Part shown: positions 46,771 to 56,627 of the stretch, piece after piece
Layout: each line of letters starts with the position of its first letter
Numbering within the stretch: the stretch's first letter is position 1
DNA from: an uncultured archaeon
GTDB lineage: Archaea; Aenigmatarchaeota; Aenigmatarchaeia; QMZP01; JACQNV01
Direction of reading: 5' to 3'
Assembly (NCBI GenBank): GCA_964410585.1
Contig: CAYPFW010000001.1
Location: 256,001 to 320,000 of the forward strand
Length of the DNA stretch: 64,000 nucleotides
Made by a program: the position numbers and the translations under genes
Notes under the pieces: model-generated
Seen by the model: the letters and a program-made list of their open reading frames with translations, nothing else
Databases searched by the model: none
Told to the model about the DNA's origin: nothing

Positions 46771-47457
46771 TTATTTTATAACTGTTCCGACAAAAGCTTT
46801 TCTTTCCAAATAGTTTTCGAGATTTTTTAGGTTTTTGCCGTTCATTATTGCGACTTCTAAACCGAGCTTTTCAGATTCTCTAGAAGCAATTGGATCAAAT
46901 GGCGCATTCAAACCAGGATCCCATTTGTTGCCGACGATTTTTCTGAAACTTTTCCAGGAAATTTTTTCAATGGGTTTTGCATCTTTGAATTTCTTTGGAT
47001 CCTTGTCGTAGACATATTCAATGTTTGAGAGATTAACAAGTTTTTTTGATCCCAGGCTCTTCGCAAACAAAACAGCATCGTAGTCTGTGCTGCATCCTGG
47101 TTTCCAGCCTGCTGCCACGAGGATTTTTTCTTTGAAAACAAGTTTTTTCGTTGGGTCTTTTATCACTCTTGGATTTGCATGTTTTTTGAAAATTGTTCTC
47201 AAAAGATGTGCATTCAAACGAGTCGAATGGATGCCCAACCAATCCAAATCGTCTCTTTTCAACTCACCAAGATCTTTGGCAGCTTGCTGATATTTGCGTG
47301 CTGTTTTTCCGCCGCCACAAATTATTATAAACTTGAAACCTTTTTTGATAAAATTCTCAATCAAGTTTTTGAAAGAAGAAAGCCACTGAGCATCGATTTC
47401 ATCTGGTACAATAAGTGAGCCACCAACTGAAATGATTATTGTTTTTTCGTTTGACAT
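46771..47457 (-). CDS. pyrH: UMP kinase (archaeal type)
   Basis: ISVGGS, GGGKTARKY, GIHSTRLNA, PGCSTDYDA, VYDKDPKK and PFDPIA; ATG at 47457. Confidence 0.93.
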   Translation of the reverse strand: MSNEKTIIISVGGSLIVPDEIDAQWLSSFKNLIENFIKKGFKFIIICGGGKTARKYQQAAKDLGELKRDDLDWLGIHSTRLNAHLLRTIFKKHANPRVIKDPTKKLVFKEKILVAAGWKPGCSTDYDAVLFAKSLGSKKLVNLSNIEYVYDKDPKKFKDAKPIEKISWKSFRKIVGNKWDPGLNAPFDPIASRESEKLGLEVAIMNGKNLKNLENYLERKAFVGTVIK

Positions 47458-47492
47458 AGAACCATTTATAATTGGGATGGCCAATATTTAAG
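47458..47492. promoter_or_regulatory. 35-bp bidirectional promoter for leaderless pyrH and GNAT transcripts
   Basis: TTTATAA at about 47465 and reverse-strand CTTAAATA at about 47485-47492, each roughly 21-35 nt from the opposite ATG. Confidence 0.5.
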
Positions 47493-48038
47493 ATGAAAGA
47501 TGCTTTTGAAATAAACAGAAAGAAGGTTTTGCTCAGACAACCAAAATCTTCAGACGCAGAAAAATTGCAGAAATTTGTAAACCAAGGAATAGAGGAGAGT
47601 TTGAAAGCTGGAGGACTTTTGGGAAGAACTAAAAAACTGAGTTTGGTTCAGGAGAAAAAATGGCTGAAAAATTTGCTGGAAGACCTGAAGAAAAAGAATA
47701 AAGTCTATATTATAGCTGAATATGGAAACCGTGTAATAGGAACAACAGAAATCAGGAGAGGTAGCCATGATTCGGATCAACATGTTGGCATTTTTGGAAT
47801 AGTTATACTTCAAGAATTTACAAGCAAAGGCTTGGGAACTTTATTGACAAAAAGAATTATTGAAGAAGCTAAGAAAAAAATGAAAATTGAAATTGTCAAA
47901 CTTTCTGTTGACCAATATAACAAGAGGGCACAAGGCCTGTACAAAAAAGTTGGTTTTGAGGAAGTCGGAAGAATAAAAAACGGCAGAAAAATAAATGGGA
48001 AATACACAGACGAAATAATGATGGTGAAATATTTGTAA
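47493..48038 (+). CDS. GNAT acetyltransferase (RimJ/RimL-like)
   Basis: F.SKGLGT acetyl-CoA motif and N.RAQGLYKKVGF..VG. Confidence 0.88.
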   Translation: MKDAFEINRKKVLLRQPKSSDAEKLQKFVNQGIEESLKAGGLLGRTKKLSLVQEKKWLKNLLEDLKKKNKVYIIAEYGNRVIGTTEIRRGSHDSDQHVGIFGIVILQEFTSKGLGTLLTKRIIEEAKKKMKIEIVKLSVDQYNKRAQGLYKKVGFEEVGRIKNGRKINGKYTDEIMMVKYL

Positions 48039-48140
48039 ATTTTTTGTAAAAGAAAAAGTTTTGTAAATTTTTCTGAAATCAACTGATTCAAGAAAGACCT
48101 GCACTAGAAAGAACACGCAGATTAACAGAAGAAAGAAGTG

Positions 48141-48521
48141 CTACAATTTAAAATTAGAAACAGTCAATCCTTTCTCTTCTGCTTTTTTGAGGATTTCTAT
48201 TCTTTTTTTTCTACCAATGGTTTTGGCCAAAACAACTGATTGGGTTTTTGCATCGACTGTATCTAGTTCTTTCATGTTTGTAATCCTGACTTCAAGCAAA
48301 CCAGCTCTGTTCAAACCGCGCACAGCGATTGGGGACCTGTATCCTGGTCCCGGCCTTTTTCCGCGCGCACCTTCTTCAATTCTTAATTTTGATGTTCTTC
48401 CTCTTGGCCTTCTCCATTTCATTCCAACTGCTTTTTTCTTAAACCACTCTTGTCTTAGGAAAGCTGGCTTTTTCTTTTTCCTCACTCTTCGAATTTTCAA
48501 TAATCGCGTGTTGTTTTCCAT
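48141..48521 (-). CDS. rpl32e: 50S ribosomal protein L32e
   Basis: KKP.F.RQ.W......WRRPRG..SKLR and P..GYRSP..VRGL. Confidence 0.95.
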   Translation of the reverse strand: MENNTRLLKIRRVRKKKKPAFLRQEWFKKKAVGMKWRRPRGRTSKLRIEEGARGKRPGPGYRSPIAVRGLNRAGLLEVRITNMKELDTVDAKTQSVVLAKTIGRKKRIEILKKAEEKGLTVSNFKL

Positions 48522-48526
48522 AATTA

Positions 48527-49060
48527 TTAGCTAAGCGATGTAGGTTTCTTAACCATATAACATCCATCTTGGAAAATCCTTCTGTCGAAGCCCTGTATCT
48601 TTGTTATTCTTTCTATTCTTGTTCCAGCTTGTCCAACAACCTCTTTGTCTGCACCTGTGATTGTTATCACATTTTTGTCTATTTTAACGTTAACACCTGC
48701 AGGAAGCGATGTACTCCTTGACCTTCTCTCACCGAGGAAGTTTGCAACATGGATCTTGTTGTCTTTGAATTCTAATTTAGCTGGGAAATGTGAGTGTAAA
48801 AGCTTTACTTCAGCTTCATATCCCTTTGTGACTCCAACTGACATGTTTTTGACAAGAGCTGACCATGTCCCAACTATTGCTTTCACTTTTCTGGCTTCAG
48901 AATTTGATTTCAATTCAACTAAATTATCCTTTACAGAAATCTTGATTAAAGGATGTTTGAAAAGTTTTTTCAATTCGCCTTTAGGGCCTTTTGCAATTAA
49001 AAAATCTTCCTCTTTCCTAAACTCTACTCCGTTTGGGATTTCAAAGGTTACTGTTGACAT
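48527..49060 (-). CDS. rpl6: 50S ribosomal protein L6
   Basis: KGPKGEL, GVTKG, HFP, NFLGE and D.RIFQDG.Y. Confidence 0.95.
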   Translation of the reverse strand: MSTVTFEIPNGVEFRKEEDFLIAKGPKGELKKLFKHPLIKISVKDNLVELKSNSEARKVKAIVGTWSALVKNMSVGVTKGYEAEVKLLHSHFPAKLEFKDNKIHVANFLGERRSRSTSLPAGVNVKIDKNVITITGADKEVVGQAGTRIERITKIQGFDRRIFQDGCYMVKKPTSLS

Positions 49061-49129
49061 AAATGTGATAATAGTAGATAGTTATTTATAAATAGGTGTT
49101 TTCCTTAAGCCCCCGGTTCCTACGTCGGA

Positions 49130-49281
49130 ATTTGTATATCGTTTCTTTTTGGGTGAACCTTAGCCTTTTTCGTCCGAAGTGTCAATCGGAAAGTAAACTG
49201 AAACAGATCCTAGACAATTGATCAAGATCTGTTTCCAGCTCCATGCCGATTAGAACCGCCCTTGAAAGAAAAAGGATCAGG
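49130..49281. repeat. repeat module B carrying a roughly 95-nt structured insertion
   Basis: ttttgggtgaaccttagccttt and gaaaaaggatcagg match the compact copy at 60121-60164 but are separated by nested stems (aatcgg/ccgatt; gaaacagatc/gatctgtttc). Confidence 0.65.
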
Positions 49282-50401
49282 ATTCCTTTTTTGGAGTCCC
49301 AGGAAGCTTCCCTATAAGGTCATATGAACCTGTTCCTATTGGAACAACTTGGTTGATCATCACATTTTCAAGCACACCTTGCAAATCATCTGACTCGCCC
49401 TTTACAGCTGCCTTTGTCAAGTGCTTTTTTGTTTCCTCGAAGGCCGCTCTTGCTAAAACAGAAGGCTTGTGTCCTACAACTCCATATCTTCCAATAGGTC
49501 TAATAACACCATCAACTGTCATTAAATCAGAAAGCAACATTACATATCTTATGTCGACACCTAAACCCTGCTCTTCTATTGTGTACATTGCTTGACTAAT
49601 AATTACACTTCTTGCAGCTTCTACTCCCAAGACATCCAAAACTTCAAAAATGTTGTTACTCACTGTCCTTGTTTCATCAACACCTTCTATTTTGAAAACT
49701 TTTGTTAAATCTGAGCCCAAGGTATTGATGACCCATTCACCCTTATCATCTTTGTTAACAACTGTTTGAGTGACTCCCTTTATTCCACCTAAGTGGCTTT
49801 CCAAAAGTCTATATTTCAATCTAAATATATCTTTTATATCTGGTTTTTTGTAAGTTGCAACAAGCTCTGTGTCTGTCACTTTAATATCAACATTTCTCAA
49901 CTTGATTCTTTTTTCTAAACTCTCTGGCTCAATTCCAAGATTTTTGAGAAGTTTTGTATTTAGTTTGCATCTAATTTCCAAATCAGTTAAATTAACTGTA
50001 TCTGAAAGTACAACATCCTTTACCCTTGCCTCTTTTATTCTTTCTGCAACTTGTCTGGCCCTCTCATCATCTTGATAATCTTTTTTCAAATAGACAAGCA
50101 TTGTAGGTGTTTTAGGCTCTCTTCTTGCATCGAAAATTTCTAGAAGTCTTGGCAAACCAAGTGTGACTTGGATACCAGCTGTACCAGCGAAGTGGTAAGT
50201 ACGCATTGTCATCTGTGTTGTTGGTTCTGAAAGTGATTGAGCTGCTATGACACCTAAAGGCTCTTCTGGATCATACAAAGTTTTAAGGTAGAATTCTCTA
50301 GCTTTGTCTAGGATTTTTGATTTTTCTGTTTCTGAGAGTTTGTTCTGTTGTGCGTATTTCTCAATTTCTTCAATGACTTTGTATGGTAACTCAATTGACA
50401 T
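49277..50401 (-). CDS. rpoA2: DNA-directed RNA polymerase subunit A'' (Rpo1C)
   Basis: AAQSLSEPTTQMTMRTYHFAG, VTLGLPRL, LGVEAAR and LARAAFEET. Confidence 0.97.
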   Translation of the reverse strand: MSIELPYKVIEEIEKYAQQNKLSETEKSKILDKAREFYLKTLYDPEEPLGVIAAQSLSEPTTQMTMRTYHFAGTAGIQVTLGLPRLLEIFDARREPKTPTMLVYLKKDYQDDERARQVAERIKEARVKDVVLSDTVNLTDLEIRCKLNTKLLKNLGIEPESLEKRIKLRNVDIKVTDTELVATYKKPDIKDIFRLKYRLLESHLGGIKGVTQTVVNKDDKGEWVINTLGSDLTKVFKIEGVDETRTVSNNIFEVLDVLGVEAARSVIISQAMYTIEEQGLGVDIRYVMLLSDLMTVDGVIRPIGRYGVVGHKPSVLARAAFEETKKHLTKAAVKGESDDLQGVLENVMINQVVPIGTGSYDLIGKLPGTPKKES

Positions 50402-50415
50402 ATTTTCTCCTCAGA

Positions 50416-52923
50416 TTATTTCTGGACAATTACATCAACATCGATTTTTCCCCAGTATGATTTTGCTGGGTTGACCCCGTCTTCGCCTGCTGTGAATTGT
50501 ATCAATCTTCCCCCAATGCTTCTTACACTATTATCATCATAGACTTTCAAATCTTGGAGAGCATTGACAAGCCTTCTTTGCATGTATCCTGATTTTCTTG
50601 TTCTCAAGGACTTGTCCATCAGACCTTCTCGACCGTTCATAATATTCCAGAAAACTTCAAATGGAGTAAGGCCATCTTTGAAACCTCTTGACACAAAACC
50701 ATGAGACTCTGCAGACAAATCGCCTTTTTTGAAGTGCGGTAAAGTCCTTCCTAAATATCCTCTGCTTATTCTTTTACCTAAAATTGACTCCTGTCCTACG
50801 CATGCTGCCATCTGTGTTGTGTTAACAATAGAACCTTTTGAACCTGCACGCGCCAAGTGGATAATATCGTTCTTTGGTATGTTTGCACCAACTATTTTAC
50901 TGACACTATTCAAACCATTTGAAAGCGTGTTCAAGATTTGTGCTTCCAAAGATTCTTGTTTTGTCAAACCAGGTAATAGGTTTATTTTTCCATCCTTGAA
51001 ATCTTCAATGAGATCGGAAGATTTTTTCTCAGCCTTCTTCACCTCATCATCAATTTTTCTGTGGACATCTTTTAACAAATCAATATCTGAAATACCAATT
51101 GTTATTCCTCTTTTCATCAAATAAGCAACACCCAATCTACCTGCTCTGTCTATAAATTCTCTTGTTGTTTTGTCGCCTTCTAACTCATTTATTTTGTTGA
51201 TGATTTTTCCCTTCATTGCACCTACGCCTCTTGAGTCAATTGTTCCTTGGACAATTTGGCCATTTTTAATAATTACCCAACCATCTGACGGGCAACCTTT
51301 TTTAGGGCATGAATCACATTCATCACAATTTGCTTTGAATTCCATACTCAGGCTTTTTGGAAGCAGAAGACTGAACAAATCTTTTCCTGTTACTTTTGCT
51401 TTATCTGGAATTTGTAAATCCAAGCCAGCAAGACCAACAAGCTGAGATGCTTCTTCCCTTGTCAGTTCAACATCAGGCCTTGTAAGCAAGTAGGTTCCTG
51501 TTATTTGATCTAAGTCGCATCCTATAACCGGTCCACCGAATTTTGGTGAGATTATATTTTTTTCAACATCCATTAACATTGCGGCTTCTGTTCTAGCTTC
51601 AACTGTTTGCAGGACATGCAAATTCATTTCGTCGCCGTCGAAGTCTGCATTGTATGGTGGGCAAACAGATGGATTCAATCTAAATGTTCTTCCTGGCATT
51701 AGTTTGACTCTGTGAGCCATGATAGACATCCTGTGAAGTGATGGCTGTCTGTTAAACAAGACAATATCGCCTTCTTCTATTTGTCTTTCAACTCCCCAAC
51801 CAATAACAACGTTTTGTAAAATATCTTTCCTGTTTAATTCCGAAACCTTTATTCTTCTTCCATCTGGCCTTGCAACATAATTTACTTTTCCATCTTTTAT
51901 TGCCTGCTTCAACTGCTTTTCATTGAATTGTGTGACGTGTTCGAAAACAGTAAGCTCCTTTGCTATTAAGTATGGGACACCAACTTCGTTTATTGAAAGC
52001 CTTGGATCAGGTGAGATAACTGTACGAGAACAGAAGTTTACTCTTTTACCTAGCAAGTTTCCTCTGATTCTTCCTTCTTTTGCTTTTAGTCTTTGGATAA
52101 TTCCTTTCAAAGGTCTTCCAGATCTATGTCTTGCATGCGGAACACCTGAAAGCTCATTGTCAAAATATGTAGAAACGTGGTATTGCAAAAGCTCCCACAA
52201 ATCATTTAAAATAAATTCTGGGGCCCCTATATCTATGTTTTCTCTCAAAGATTGGTTAATCCTGACAATGTCTGCAAGTTTGTGTGTTAGATCGTCTTCA
52301 GACCTTTCACCTGTTTCTAAAGTAATTGAAGGACGCATTGTCACTGGCGGAACAGGGAATAAAGTAAGAACAAGCCATTCTGGTCTACCGCCTGTGAAGC
52401 CAATTATTTTTAAGTCTTCATCTGATACTCCTTCAAATCTTTCTCTAATTGTTGCTGCTGTAAGCTCTGCCTTGTCCTCATAGAAAGTATAAGTTTTTTC
52501 GAATTCTATTTTTCCCTGTTTTGCTGAACAGTGTGGGCATTTTTTAGGTGGTGTTTCACTCAAATCTTTTAGCTTGACTTTTTTAGAAGCCTTCTTCACT
52601 TTCTTATCAATCATTATTTTGTGGCATTTTTTGCATGTGACTTTTAGAAGAGTGTAAATGTGTTTTGCATACAGGACATGGATGATAGGCCTTGCTAATT
52701 CTAAATATCCGAAATGGCCATTACAATCATCTAGATTACTTCCACAGGTTCTACAGACTAAACCAGGATCAATCACACCCATTCTTGGATCCATGACTCC
52801 GCCTTCTATTGGATAGCCATCTGCATCGTACAAATCAGATGAAACAATCCTAACAGTAGCCATTTGTTTAACCATTTGTGGTGACAATATGCTGAATGTT
52901 AAACCAGATATCTTATGAACCAT
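50416..52923 (-). CDS. rpoA1: DNA-directed RNA polymerase subunit A' (Rpo1N)
   Basis: Active site YNADFDGDEMN, LFNRQPSLH and an N-terminal Zn clamp. Confidence 0.98.
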   Translation of the reverse strand: MVHKISGLTFSILSPQMVKQMATVRIVSSDLYDADGYPIEGGVMDPRMGVIDPGLVCRTCGSNLDDCNGHFGYLELARPIIHVLYAKHIYTLLKVTCKKCHKIMIDKKVKKASKKVKLKDLSETPPKKCPHCSAKQGKIEFEKTYTFYEDKAELTAATIRERFEGVSDEDLKIIGFTGGRPEWLVLTLFPVPPVTMRPSITLETGERSEDDLTHKLADIVRINQSLRENIDIGAPEFILNDLWELLQYHVSTYFDNELSGVPHARHRSGRPLKGIIQRLKAKEGRIRGNLLGKRVNFCSRTVISPDPRLSINEVGVPYLIAKELTVFEHVTQFNEKQLKQAIKDGKVNYVARPDGRRIKVSELNRKDILQNVVIGWGVERQIEEGDIVLFNRQPSLHRMSIMAHRVKLMPGRTFRLNPSVCPPYNADFDGDEMNLHVLQTVEARTEAAMLMDVEKNIISPKFGGPVIGCDLDQITGTYLLTRPDVELTREEASQLVGLAGLDLQIPDKAKVTGKDLFSLLLPKSLSMEFKANCDECDSCPKKGCPSDGWVIIKNGQIVQGTIDSRGVGAMKGKIINKINELEGDKTTREFIDRAGRLGVAYLMKRGITIGISDIDLLKDVHRKIDDEVKKAEKKSSDLIEDFKDGKINLLPGLTKQESLEAQILNTLSNGLNSVSKIVGANIPKNDIIHLARAGSKGSIVNTTQMAACVGQESILGKRISRGYLGRTLPHFKKGDLSAESHGFVSRGFKDGLTPFEVFWNIMNGREGLMDKSLRTRKSGYMQRRLVNALQDLKVYDDNSVRSIGGRLIQFTAGEDGVNPAKSYWGKIDVDVIVQK

Positions 52924-52924
52924 A

Positions 52925-54718
52925 TTAGACTTCCTCCGTCTTTATTTTCGGATACACACCCATTGATTTCATTTCGTCCAATGTAAGTTTGAATGCATAT
53001 GATGTTTTTACCCATGCGATGTCTGAAGCTTCGCAGATGCTGCACGATGTTTTGTTTTTTATTTTATCATAAACTCCAAGCAAACCACATTTTTTGCAAA
53101 CTGGTATTTTTGTCTCATCAGATGAGAATCTTTCTTTAACAACAAGAGACACACCGTGTCCTATCAAACATTGCTGCTCCATTTCTCCTAATCTTAGACC
53201 ACCTCTTTTTGCTCGGCCTTCTGTTGGTTGCTTTGTCAAAAGTGTAACAGGACCTCTTGACCTTGCGTGGATTTTATTTGCAACCATATGGTCTAGTTTT
53301 TGGTAGTATGAAATTCCTGTAAATATTAAAACATCAAATTTCTTTCCTGTCCTTCCATCATACATGACTTGTTTTCCATCGTCCCTGAAACCAGCATCTT
53401 TCAAAACTTTCCTAACCTCTTCTTCTCTCATTTGGTTAAATGCTGTTCCACTTATTCTTTCGCCAAGGACTGCTGCGGCTTTTCCACCTATCAATTCTAG
53501 AAGCTGGCCGACTGTCATTCTTGATGGGATACCATGTGGGTTGAAAATTATATCTGGGATGACACCATTTCCTGTGAATGGCATATCCTCTTGAGGGACT
53601 AAAATGCTTACAACACCTTTCTGACCGTGCCTTGTTGCGAATTTGTCGCCGACTTCTGGGATTCTTTGATCCCTTATTCTAACCTTTATCATTTGGTTTC
53701 CATTTGTGTTTTCTGTAATCAGGATTTTGTCAACAATACCTTCTTCACCATATCTTACTGTGACTGAAGTTTCTCTTTTGTTTTCAATCTTAGCAACAAA
53801 CTCTTCACCAGAAAGAAATCGCAACGGAGAAACTTTAGCAATCAAAACAGAATCAGAAACAACATTAACCTCAGGATTAATAATACCATCTTCGGCAATA
53901 AACTTGTATGCTTCTTCTCCTCTATAACCTTTTACCTGAGGATCTGGAACAACTACTTCGTCTTCTTGTCCACCCCAATATCTTTTTATCACAGTTTCAT
54001 ATGTCCTGTAGTAGACTGATCTAAACAAGCCCCTTTCGACAGATGATTTGTTTATGACAACAGCATCGTTCACATTGAAACCATCATAAGACATGACAGC
54101 GACGACAACATTTTGCCCGTCATAGTTTGTTAAAATATCATATGTGTCAGTTGAAACAAGCGGAAGCTGCAAATAGTTTAGAGTGTTGAATTTTGTGTCT
54201 GTTCTTGTCAAGAAATTTGCAAATGGAAGACCGATAGCCTGACCTAACATTTTTGCACCATAATTGATTCTGTCTCCTCTGTTGTATTCTGGATACGGGA
54301 TCAAAGTAGCTGACAAACCAAACATTGACAGAGGATTTATTTCCAAGTGTGTGTGTTCTGGTGTGACGTCATCTGGATATAAGGCAATATAAGCGCCCTC
54401 TTCCTCTTCTGCATCAACATATTCCATCAAACCATTTTTTATTAAATCGTTCCATCCCCAGTCACCTTTTTCTATTCTTTTTATGTGATCTTGTGTGACC
54501 AAAGGTTTTCCTTTTTCAACAATAATCAAAGGTCTTCTTGCTCTTCCTGAATCTGTATTTATCCTGATTTCATCATACTCTTTGTAATATACAATGTTTA
54601 ACTGATCTGGAATTAAACACGCTCTTCTTTTTTCTTTTATTTCCTCTACAAATTTCTCAGGATTCTGAACTTCTCCTATAAACTTCCCGTTGTAGTAAAT
54701 GTCTGTTTTTGTTGCCAT
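52925..54718 (-). CDS. rpoB1: DNA-directed RNA polymerase subunit B' (Rpo2C)
   Basis: GDKFATRHGQKG, KLDHMVANKIHARS and GGLRLGEME; ATG at 54718. Confidence 0.97.
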   Translation of the reverse strand: MATKTDIYYNGKFIGEVQNPEKFVEEIKEKRRACLIPDQLNIVYYKEYDEIRINTDSGRARRPLIIVEKGKPLVTQDHIKRIEKGDWGWNDLIKNGLMEYVDAEEEEGAYIALYPDDVTPEHTHLEINPLSMFGLSATLIPYPEYNRGDRINYGAKMLGQAIGLPFANFLTRTDTKFNTLNYLQLPLVSTDTYDILTNYDGQNVVVAVMSYDGFNVNDAVVINKSSVERGLFRSVYYRTYETVIKRYWGGQEDEVVVPDPQVKGYRGEEAYKFIAEDGIINPEVNVVSDSVLIAKVSPLRFLSGEEFVAKIENKRETSVTVRYGEEGIVDKILITENTNGNQMIKVRIRDQRIPEVGDKFATRHGQKGVVSILVPQEDMPFTGNGVIPDIIFNPHGIPSRMTVGQLLELIGGKAAAVLGERISGTAFNQMREEEVRKVLKDAGFRDDGKQVMYDGRTGKKFDVLIFTGISYYQKLDHMVANKIHARSRGPVTLLTKQPTEGRAKRGGLRLGEMEQQCLIGHGVSLVVKERFSSDETKIPVCKKCGLLGVYDKIKNKTSCSICEASDIAWVKTSYAFKLTLDEMKSMGVYPKIKTEEV

Positions 54719-54776
54719 AACCTTTTGTCCCAAAATAGGGAACCTGTTAGACAATTGTTTCCGGTTCCTCTAACCC

Positions 54777-55022
54777 TCCACTTTGTAAACTTTTGATCAA
54801 CCTTTTCTTAAAAGGTTGACAGGAGGCTAAAATCGTGTCTCCCCTTCGCAAAGTTGACACGAGACATCTCAACATCTTTTGCATTGGTGAGATGCTGAAA
54901 TTGCTCATTGCGATTCGCAATTTTTTTAAACGCCTTCCACTTTGTTAACCTCTAATTTCACCAATTGTTTTTGTATTGTAGTTTCTTTGAACGTTAAGGG
55001 CTTTCTTTTCTAAAGAAAGCGG
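54777..55022 (+). repeat. composite intergenic repeat (C-A-B) between rpoB2 and rpoB1
   Basis: ccactttgtaaactttt-hairpin, caggaggctaaa, cgtgtctcc..cacgag..gagatgc, ctcattgcgattcg..ttaaacgccttccac, then a module B hairpin. Confidence 0.75.
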
Positions 55023-56492
55023 TTACTGGATATTGGTTCCTAACCTAATCATTTTCAATATTTTTTCATCTTCTTGTTCATCTAACCCTGGAGTGATTTC
55101 GCACAACAGAGCGAGATGTTTTCTCAAACCAATTGAAGATCCTTCTGGAGTTTCTGCTGGACACAAACGTCCGAATTCAGTTGGATGGATTTCTCTTGCT
55201 GAGAAATGTTCCTGTGTTGATGTAAGTGGTGATACAACTGATCTTAGGTGAGAAATCATTTTTGTGTAGCAGCTTCTGTCCAATCTTTGCGAGACACCTG
55301 TTCTTCCGCCAATCCAATTTCCTGTTGCCAAACTTGAGAGCAGTTGCTTTGTTACTGCATTTGCCTCTATAATCGCTTGCATAGAAGGTGTCTTTCCTCT
55401 TTTCACAAGTTTCTGATAATTGTATGTCATTTTTGCAATCAAGCCCCATCTACCTAAAAGGATAGATCTGAAAAGTTGACCAAGAAGTTCACCTGACATC
55501 AACAATCTTTTGTTTGCATAATGATCTATGTCGTCTTGTGGTGTTTCGCCCAAAGCAAGTTCAATTGTTTTTCTCACCAATCGTGCGAGGTATTTTGCTT
55601 TTGCAAGCCTGTTTGGGAACTCCTGTCCCAAGTGTGGGAATAAATATCTGTCTAAAAGCTGAGAGACTCTTTCCTTTCTGTAGTCTTCGGCTACTTTTAT
55701 TTTTCTTCCAATTGCATCAATAGCTTCTTCAACTGTCGTCGCCTCTGCCTCAAAAAGATTAATATATAATTCATTTAGAATGCTTGGATCATCTGAGATG
55801 TGCTGGCAAATTTCCTTGTCTGTTTCCAAACCAAGAGCCTTCAGTAGTGTGATTATTGAAAGCCTTCTTACATTTGCAAAAGAAATTGTTATCTCACCAT
55901 TTGGTCGCCTTTCAATTAAGTGTCTTTGTTTAAAGCCTGATCTTTCTGAATTCACTCTTGCGCTTACTGACTGACCATCTTTTTGGAAAATTGGCCTATT
56001 TGATCCGATTTCTTCAATTAAAACTAAAACTCTTTCTGTTCCATTAATGATGAAATATCCACCTGGATCAGAAGGGTCTTCATCAACATCTGCCAAAGCT
56101 TTTCCTGCCAAACCATTTGTTGTACAAAGCTTTGACCTAACCATTACAGGGAGCTCGCCTATGTTTACTTTTTCTGGCCTGTCCTCGACGCCGTCGTATA
56201 TTGGTGTGACATCAATCCACACAGGCGCTGTGTAAGTGATGTTTCTTATCCTTGCCTCGTTTGGATAAATTGAACGAACAGAGCCATCTGCTTCTTTTAT
56301 AATTGGTTTTCCTATTTCAACTTTTCCAAATTTTAATTGTAAATCTGTGCCTTCTGTTGTTAGTTTTATTGTTCCAATTTCACCAAGAATTTCAGCAATG
56401 CCTGTGTCGATAAATTTATTGTAAGAATCAATCTGATATTTAACCCAGCCCCTATCTTTTTCAAAAGCCTTAAGTAGCGTCTTAAACGTCAT
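55023..56492 (-). CDS. rpoB2: DNA-directed RNA polymerase subunit B'' (Rpo2N)
   Basis: PNEARIRNITY, GGYFIINGTERV, GVSQRLDR and LCPAETPEG..IGL. Confidence 0.97.
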   Translation of the reverse strand: MTFKTLLKAFEKDRGWVKYQIDSYNKFIDTGIAEILGEIGTIKLTTEGTDLQLKFGKVEIGKPIIKEADGSVRSIYPNEARIRNITYTAPVWIDVTPIYDGVEDRPEKVNIGELPVMVRSKLCTTNGLAGKALADVDEDPSDPGGYFIINGTERVLVLIEEIGSNRPIFQKDGQSVSARVNSERSGFKQRHLIERRPNGEITISFANVRRLSIITLLKALGLETDKEICQHISDDPSILNELYINLFEAEATTVEEAIDAIGRKIKVAEDYRKERVSQLLDRYLFPHLGQEFPNRLAKAKYLARLVRKTIELALGETPQDDIDHYANKRLLMSGELLGQLFRSILLGRWGLIAKMTYNYQKLVKRGKTPSMQAIIEANAVTKQLLSSLATGNWIGGRTGVSQRLDRSCYTKMISHLRSVVSPLTSTQEHFSAREIHPTEFGRLCPAETPEGSSIGLRKHLALLCEITPGLDEQEDEKILKMIRLGTNIQ

Positions 56493-56502
56493 AACCTTTT
56501 AT

Positions 56503-56613
56503 CCACGTTGTAAACTTTTTGCTCAAGCTTTTTCCTAAAAAGCTTGGGTTAATCAAAAACGGAGCCTAAAAATTTCCTCATTGCGATTCGGAAATTTTTT
56601 AAACGGCTTCCAC
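56503..56613 (+). repeat. composite intergenic repeat (C-A) between rpoH and rpoB2
   Basis: ccacgttgtaaacttttt-caagcttttt..aaaaagcttg, then ggagcctaaaaatttcctcattgcgattcggaaattttttaaacggcttccac. Confidence 0.75.
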
Positions 56614-56627
56614 TCCGACTAACCAAA

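Noticed and set aside
54719-55022. mRNA intron re-fusing rpoB'' and rpoB'
   Set aside because: rpoB2 has a normal stop and rpoB1 its own ATG at the usual split point; no BHB found at the borders.
49277-56492. Inteins in RNA polymerase subunits
   Set aside because: Subunit lengths are normal and there are no C...HN splice motifs or LAGLIDADG blocks.
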